The position numbers and the translations under genes are program-made. Below are positions 36,486-40,809 of a DNA stretch of 40,809 bases, piece by piece. The stretch comes from Candidatus Eiseniibacteriota bacterium. Lineage in GTDB: Bacteria; Eisenbacteria; RBG-16-71-46. The notes beneath the pieces are model-generated. The model saw only the letters and a program-made list of their open reading frames with translations, was not told the origin of the DNA and searched no databases. The stretch covers positions 1-40,809 of the forward strand of contig JANMQY010000018.1 in NCBI GenBank assembly GCA_031370785.1. Reading direction: 5' to 3'. Each line of letters opens with the position of its first letter. The stretch's first letter is position 1.

Positions 36486-38588
36486 CTACCAGATTCGCGC
36501 CTGAGTCGAGTCGGGACGCACCATCGCATCGCCTGGTCTGCACCCGAACGCCTTCGCGAACTCGGGCAGGTTGGAGAGCGGTCCGTTGACGCGCCATTCG
36601 GCCGGCGAGTGCGGGTTGGTCTGCACCTGGGTGCGCAAGGCTTCCGGCCGATCGAGATTGCGCCACACCTGTGCCCACGACAGGAAGAAGCGCTGCTCGG
36701 GCGTGAAGCCGTCGATCTTGGTGCGCGGCTTGCCGGCCAGAGCACGCTCGAGTGCCGCGTACGCGACCGCCACTCCGCCCAGATCCGCGATATTTTCGCC
36801 GAGTGTCAGCCGGCCGTTGAGGTGAACGGTGTCGAGTACGGTGTAGCTCGAGAACTGGTCGGCGACGCGGTTGGCGCGCTGCTTGTAGCGTGTGGCGTCA
36901 TCCTCCGTCCACCAGTCGCGCAGATTGCCTTTCGCGTCGAACTGGCGCCCGCGGTCATCGAAGCCGTGCGTCATCTCGTGCCCGATCACCGCGCCGATGC
37001 CGCCATAGTTCATGGCGTCGTCCCACGCGGGATCGTAGAACGGCGTCTGCAGGATGCCCGCCGGGAAATTGATGCTGTTGAGCGATGAGCTGTAGAACGC
37101 GTTCACGATCGAAGCCGGGAGGTTCCATTCGCCGCGGTCGACCGGCTTGCCGATCTTGGCGATGTTGCGGCGCGACTCGTAGGCGCGCGCGCTCAGCCGG
37201 TTCGCGAAGGGCGTCGAGGGCGAGAGCGTCACGCCGGTGTAGTCGCGCGGGTGATCCGGGTAGCCGATCTTGTTCTCGAAGGCCTGCAGTTTTTCGATCG
37301 CGCGCCGGCGCGTCTCGGCCTGCATCCAGTCGAGCGCTTCGATCCGTTCGCCGAGCGCGGCCTCGAGGTTGCGGACCATGACGAGCGCGCGCGCGCGGGC
37401 CGCGGGTGAGAACCGCGTCCGGACGTAGGCGGTCCCGACCAGATCGCCGAGATCCTGGGTGGCCCAGTCGAGCGAGCGCTTCCAGCGCGGCTGCATGACC
37501 TCGGCGCCGCTCAGCAGCCTCTGGAACCGGAAGTTCTCTTCGGCGAACGGGCGACTCAGCAGCGGCGAAGCCTCATCCACGATCTTCCAGCGCAGGTAGG
37601 CCTGCCACTCGCCTAGCGGGCGCTCGGCGATCAATGCGTTCAGCCCGCGGAAGAAATCGGGCTGGGTGACGTTGATCGAGTCGCCGGTCGGCGCGCCGCG
37701 TCGGGCGAGGTAGTCGTTCCAGTCCAGAAGCGGAGCGAGCGCGCGAGCCGAGTCGAGCGGCATCTTGTGATAGGTGGCCCTGGGATCGCGGCGCTGAACG
37801 TTGGTCATGGAGGCATTCGCGAGCGCGTTCTCGATCGCCATCACCTGGTCCGCTTCGCGCTTCGCGCGGTCACTCGGCATGCCGAGCAGCTCGAAGCTGC
37901 GCACGATGTGCTCCACGTATTTCGCGCGGGTCGCCACCGAAACCGAGTCGGTGCGCGTGTAGTAGTCACGGTCGGGCAGCCCGATTCCGCCCTGCCCGAC
38001 GATCGCGATCACCTCTTCGCTGCGCCCGGGATCCTGCGCCGCGCGAAACGAGAACAACGCAGGGATGCCGTGCGAGTGGAGCCAGGCGACCTCGGAGGCG
38101 ATCGCCGCCTTCGACGGCAGCGCGTTTACCGCGTCGAGCTGGGACTGGATCGGCTTTGCCGCGGCGGCATCGGCTGCGTTCGAATCCATGGCCGCGGCCC
38201 AGTAGGCGGCGAGCCGGTGCGAATCCGAGTCGGCGGCGGTGCCGCGGCGCAGCCCTTCGAACAGGCGATACAGCGTCTCCTGATTGCTCTCGGCCAGCTC
38301 GTCGAAGCTGCCCCATCCGGGATACGCCGCCGGGATGGTGGTGCGCTTCAGCCAGCCGCCATTCGCGTAGCGGAAGAAATCGCGGCACGGAGCGCAGGTG
38401 GTGTCGAGGTTGGCGTGCGAGAGCGCGGCTGCCGGACGAGCGACGCGGGTGGTCGCGGCTGCCGGACGAGCTCCGCGGGCAGTGGCGGCTGCCGAGGTCG
38501 AAGGGGCGCCGGCGAGCAGCGCCGCGAGCGTGCCAGCGGCCAGGAAGCGAGCGAGCGGAAGCGATGGCGTGAGCGGGCGGGGCGGCAT
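36486..38588 (-). CDS. M13 family (neprilysin/PepO-like) zinc metallopeptidase, secreted
   Basis: signal peptide, PCRDFFRYANGGW, VNAFY, GHEMTHGFDD, GENIAD and HSPAEWRVNG. Confidence 0.95.
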   Translation of the reverse strand: MPPRPLTPSLPLARFLAAGTLAALLAGAPSTSAAATARGARPAAATTRVARPAAALSHANLDTTCAPCRDFFRYANGGWLKRTTIPAAYPGWGSFDELAESNQETLYRLFEGLRRGTAADSDSHRLAAYWAAAMDSNAADAAAAKPIQSQLDAVNALPSKAAIASEVAWLHSHGIPALFSFRAAQDPGRSEEVIAIVGQGGIGLPDRDYYTRTDSVSVATRAKYVEHIVRSFELLGMPSDRAKREADQVMAIENALANASMTNVQRRDPRATYHKMPLDSARALAPLLDWNDYLARRGAPTGDSINVTQPDFFRGLNALIAERPLGEWQAYLRWKIVDEASPLLSRPFAEENFRFQRLLSGAEVMQPRWKRSLDWATQDLGDLVGTAYVRTRFSPAARARALVMVRNLEAALGERIEALDWMQAETRRRAIEKLQAFENKIGYPDHPRDYTGVTLSPSTPFANRLSARAYESRRNIAKIGKPVDRGEWNLPASIVNAFYSSSLNSINFPAGILQTPFYDPAWDDAMNYGGIGAVIGHEMTHGFDDRGRQFDAKGNLRDWWTEDDATRYKQRANRVADQFSSYTVLDTVHLNGRLTLGENIADLGGVAVAYAALERALAGKPRTKIDGFTPEQRFFLSWAQVWRNLDRPEALRTQVQTNPHSPAEWRVNGPLSNLPEFAKAFGCRPGDAMVRPDSTQARIW
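38424..38471. repeat. intragenic 18-bp direct repeat (period 30) encoding ARPAA twice in the peptidase N-terminal linker
   Basis: CGCGGCTGCCGGACGAGC at 38424 and 38454. Confidence 0.7.
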
Positions 38589-38695
38589 GAGGCGACTCCT
38601 TCGAAGGAGACCAGGGGAGTGAAGGCGAACGCCACGGAACCATAGCCGTGCGGCGGCACATCGGACCAGAAATTCCTACCAGCGTGGGCTGGGAC

Positions 38696-40267
38696 CTAAC
38701 GAACCAGCCGAATTTCGAGCGTTGCGCGCGGACTCTGGCGCGTCGCGCCGGCGATGTGATCGCGGTTCTCGATCCGGGACCAGCCGCCCGACAGCGCCAC
38801 ATCCACGCCGCCGGCGGGCCACCAGCGCAGGCCGAGGTCGGCCTCGCGGGTGCGCTCGACCACGCCCTCGAAGTCCGCGCCGGAAGAGCGGAGAGTGCCG
38901 GGCACGTATGGTTCGTCGAGCGAATTCTCGCCGCGGTCGGTCTGGGCGGCGCGGGCGAACAACTGCCACGCCACACTCGGGTCCCACGTCCCGCGCACCC
39001 GCACACGCCGGCTGTCAGGACCGGTCGGAAATCCGAGCGGCATGCCCTGCGCTTCGAACGCGCGCCCGAAGTACGAGGTATAGACGTAGCGCCACACTCG
39101 CGTGTACTCGCCGTTCCAGGTCAGGCGCGAGGGGCCGATCATGCCCGCGCCGTCCCAGCCCACCTGCCACGCGATCTTGTCCGGATTGTCCGAAGTCCTG
39201 GCGTGGAGATCATCCACCGCGATCTCGCCGTAGATCCGAGTGCCATCAGCCACGCGCCACGAGGCGTCGCCTCCGAGCATGATGTTGTTGTGCAACGTTC
39301 CCGACCCATTCAGCTCATCCTGATTCTCGAGCCGCTGCACCAGCACGTAGGGGATCAGTCCGACCACGTAGAGAGGCGACCAGCCGTCGGATTGATAGCG
39401 GGCCGCTTCGGTCGCGCCGAGCCGAAGCGCGTCGAACGGCTGCCACTCGAGCCGGTGCGCGGCGAGCTGTTCGCCGGCCGAGCGCGCCAGTGTCGCGCTC
39501 AGCGCGGAGGCATGCAGTCGCAGCGACGGCAGGTCGGCATGGAACTCGAGCGCGGTCAGCGGGGCCGAAGTCTCGGAGAGGATCAGCGAGCCCTCGTCCC
39601 CGGGCCCCCAGTGCCAGCGACTCCGCCCGAAGTGCGCGCCCCACGCGCCAGAGCCGGAAGCGTATGCGAGGTAGGTCTCTTCGGTGAGCATGGTCACATC
39701 GGTGTTGGCGACCACCGGATCCGCGAAAGCGCGTGCGTTGTCGAATCTCCCGAGCACGATGTTGGTGAACGCCAGCAGCCGGTCGAGTTGCAGCGCGGCG
39801 CGCAGGTGCGCGCCCGAGCCGCTCTTTGCCTCGGTCCGATCGCGGTCCGCGACCAGCGCGCCTTCGAGCGCGACCGAAACCTCGAGACGTTGCGCGGGCG
39901 GCTCGACGTGCGAGAACAGGCGCGGCGTCGGAAGAAAGCTCTCGTTCGGGACGAAGCTCTCGACCGGGTCGCGTCCGAGCACGCGCTCGAGCCGCGCGAG
40001 AGCGATCGAGGCCGGAGCCGCCCCGAGCGTGACGGGCGCAGCCGAGCCCTGCAGGGCGGAGCGTGTCAGCGGGCGGGTTCCGAGGTGCGCGAGCCGGATG
40101 CGTTCCGCGAGTGCGCTCGAGGGATACAGATCCAGCACGCGCAGCTCGGCCTCGATGGGATCGCCGACCGGCAGATCCTCGAGCGCGCTCGCGCGCAACG
40201 ATCCGGCGCCGAGAGCGAGCGCGAGCGCGACGCCGGGCACCAGCCACGAGCGGCGGGGGTTGAGCAT
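38696..40267 (-). CDS. Wzi-like (capsule assembly) outer-membrane beta-barrel protein
   Basis: signal peptide; GRSRWHWGPG..GSLILS, AAHRLEW, NIMLGGD, IYGEIAVDD and PLGFPTGPD are typical of the Wzi family. Confidence 0.7.
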   Translation of the reverse strand: MLNPRRSWLVPGVALALALGAGSLRASALEDLPVGDPIEAELRVLDLYPSSALAERIRLAHLGTRPLTRSALQGSAAPVTLGAAPASIALARLERVLGRDPVESFVPNESFLPTPRLFSHVEPPAQRLEVSVALEGALVADRDRTEAKSGSGAHLRAALQLDRLLAFTNIVLGRFDNARAFADPVVANTDVTMLTEETYLAYASGSGAWGAHFGRSRWHWGPGDEGSLILSETSAPLTALEFHADLPSLRLHASALSATLARSAGEQLAAHRLEWQPFDALRLGATEAARYQSDGWSPLYVVGLIPYVLVQRLENQDELNGSGTLHNNIMLGGDASWRVADGTRIYGEIAVDDLHARTSDNPDKIAWQVGWDGAGMIGPSRLTWNGEYTRVWRYVYTSYFGRAFEAQGMPLGFPTGPDSRRVRVRGTWDPSVAWQLFARAAQTDRGENSLDEPYVPGTLRSSGADFEGVVERTREADLGLRWWPAGGVDVALSGGWSRIENRDHIAGATRQSPRATLEIRLVR

Positions 40268-40383
40268 AGCGCGGCATGCTAGCAGCGCGCTCCGGGAGCC
40301 GCCACCGATGGGGCCTGGAGAGTCGAACCGCGAAGCGTCGACGCGAGGAATCGGTTCTGCCGCGTCCGCTGGAACCGGCGCTG

Positions 40384-40809
40384 TCATGAAGTCACATGTA
40401 CGGCACGGCGCGCGGAGGGCGGAGCGAGTCCACGTACCGCAACGCGCACTCGCTCCTCGAGAGGAGCATCGGGCATGTCCGCGCAGAGCGCGGCCCCTCG
40501 ACGCGCCTCCTCGGCGCTGAAACCGAGCCGGCGAAGCCAGGGAACCACGTCGCTCTGGCTCACTGCTGTCGCTGCGGCGTGCGCTCGCGCCTTGGCCGCA
40601 GCTTCAGACGTCGCATGCGCCCGCTTCTGCGCCTGCTCCCGGGACAACGCCGCCGTGCGCTGAGCCTCCTGCCGCTTCTCGCGCATGAACCCGGCGCCGA
40701 ACGTGCACTCGGCCGTGTACTGGTTGTGCGCCCGGCACCGCAGCCGCATGCGGTCCGCCGTCGTCTGTCCGCCACGCGCGACCGGGTCCACGTGATCGAA
40801 CTCCAGCCG
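40384..40809 (-). CDS. HNH endonuclease domain protein with RuvA-C-terminal-like tail (5' partial)
   Basis: RLEFDHVDPVARGG...LRCRAHNQY; C-terminal WLRRLGFSAEEARR...LEERVRVAVRGL; frame runs off the window end. Confidence 0.75.
   Translation of the reverse strand, partial: RLEFDHVDPVARGGQTTADRMRLRCRAHNQYTAECTFGAGFMREKRQEAQRTAALSREQAQKRAHATSEAAAKARAHAAATAVSQSDVVPWLRRLGFSAEEARRGAALCADMPDAPLEERVRVAVRGLAPPSARRAVHVTS

Overview
Very GC-rich bacterial chromosome window with no rRNA, tRNA, CRISPR array or transposase that I could see. The gene mix is reminiscent of Ca. Eisenbacteria or related lineages, which is an inference only. 1-10.7 kb is a dcw cluster (murF partial, mraY, murD, ftsW, murG, murC, ftsQ, ftsA, ftsZ; no murB or ddl between murC and ftsQ). 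It is followed by a TPR protein, rpmB, recG, a zinc-ribbon protein, and a minus-strand acyltransferase/PimA-like glycosyltransferase/MFS operon. The most interesting part (about 19.9-32.4 kb) is a flagellar-type regulatory cascade with no flagellar structural or export gene in the window. It contains csrA and a FlgM-like gene behind a sigma28 promoter, a PAS histidine kinase plus sigma54 activator, and a clear sigma54 promoter. That promoter drives a tightly coupled operon: receiver, sigma region-4-only mini-protein, 81-aa unknown, FlhG/FleN, FliA/WhiG, stand-alone DHp, degenerate GGDEF and hybrid kinase. A second sigma28 promoter with identical spacing lies upstream of an orphan MglA-like GTPase. 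Five of the eight operon proteins end in Ala-Ala (possible ClpXP degrons), and GGA-rich candidate CsrA sites occur in nearby leaders. The window ends with degenerate polysaccharide-related genes (Wzc-like, GT-like, epimerase), an M13 peptidase, a Wzi-like outer-membrane protein and a partial HNH gene. All product calls are by eye from motifs; no database search was run.
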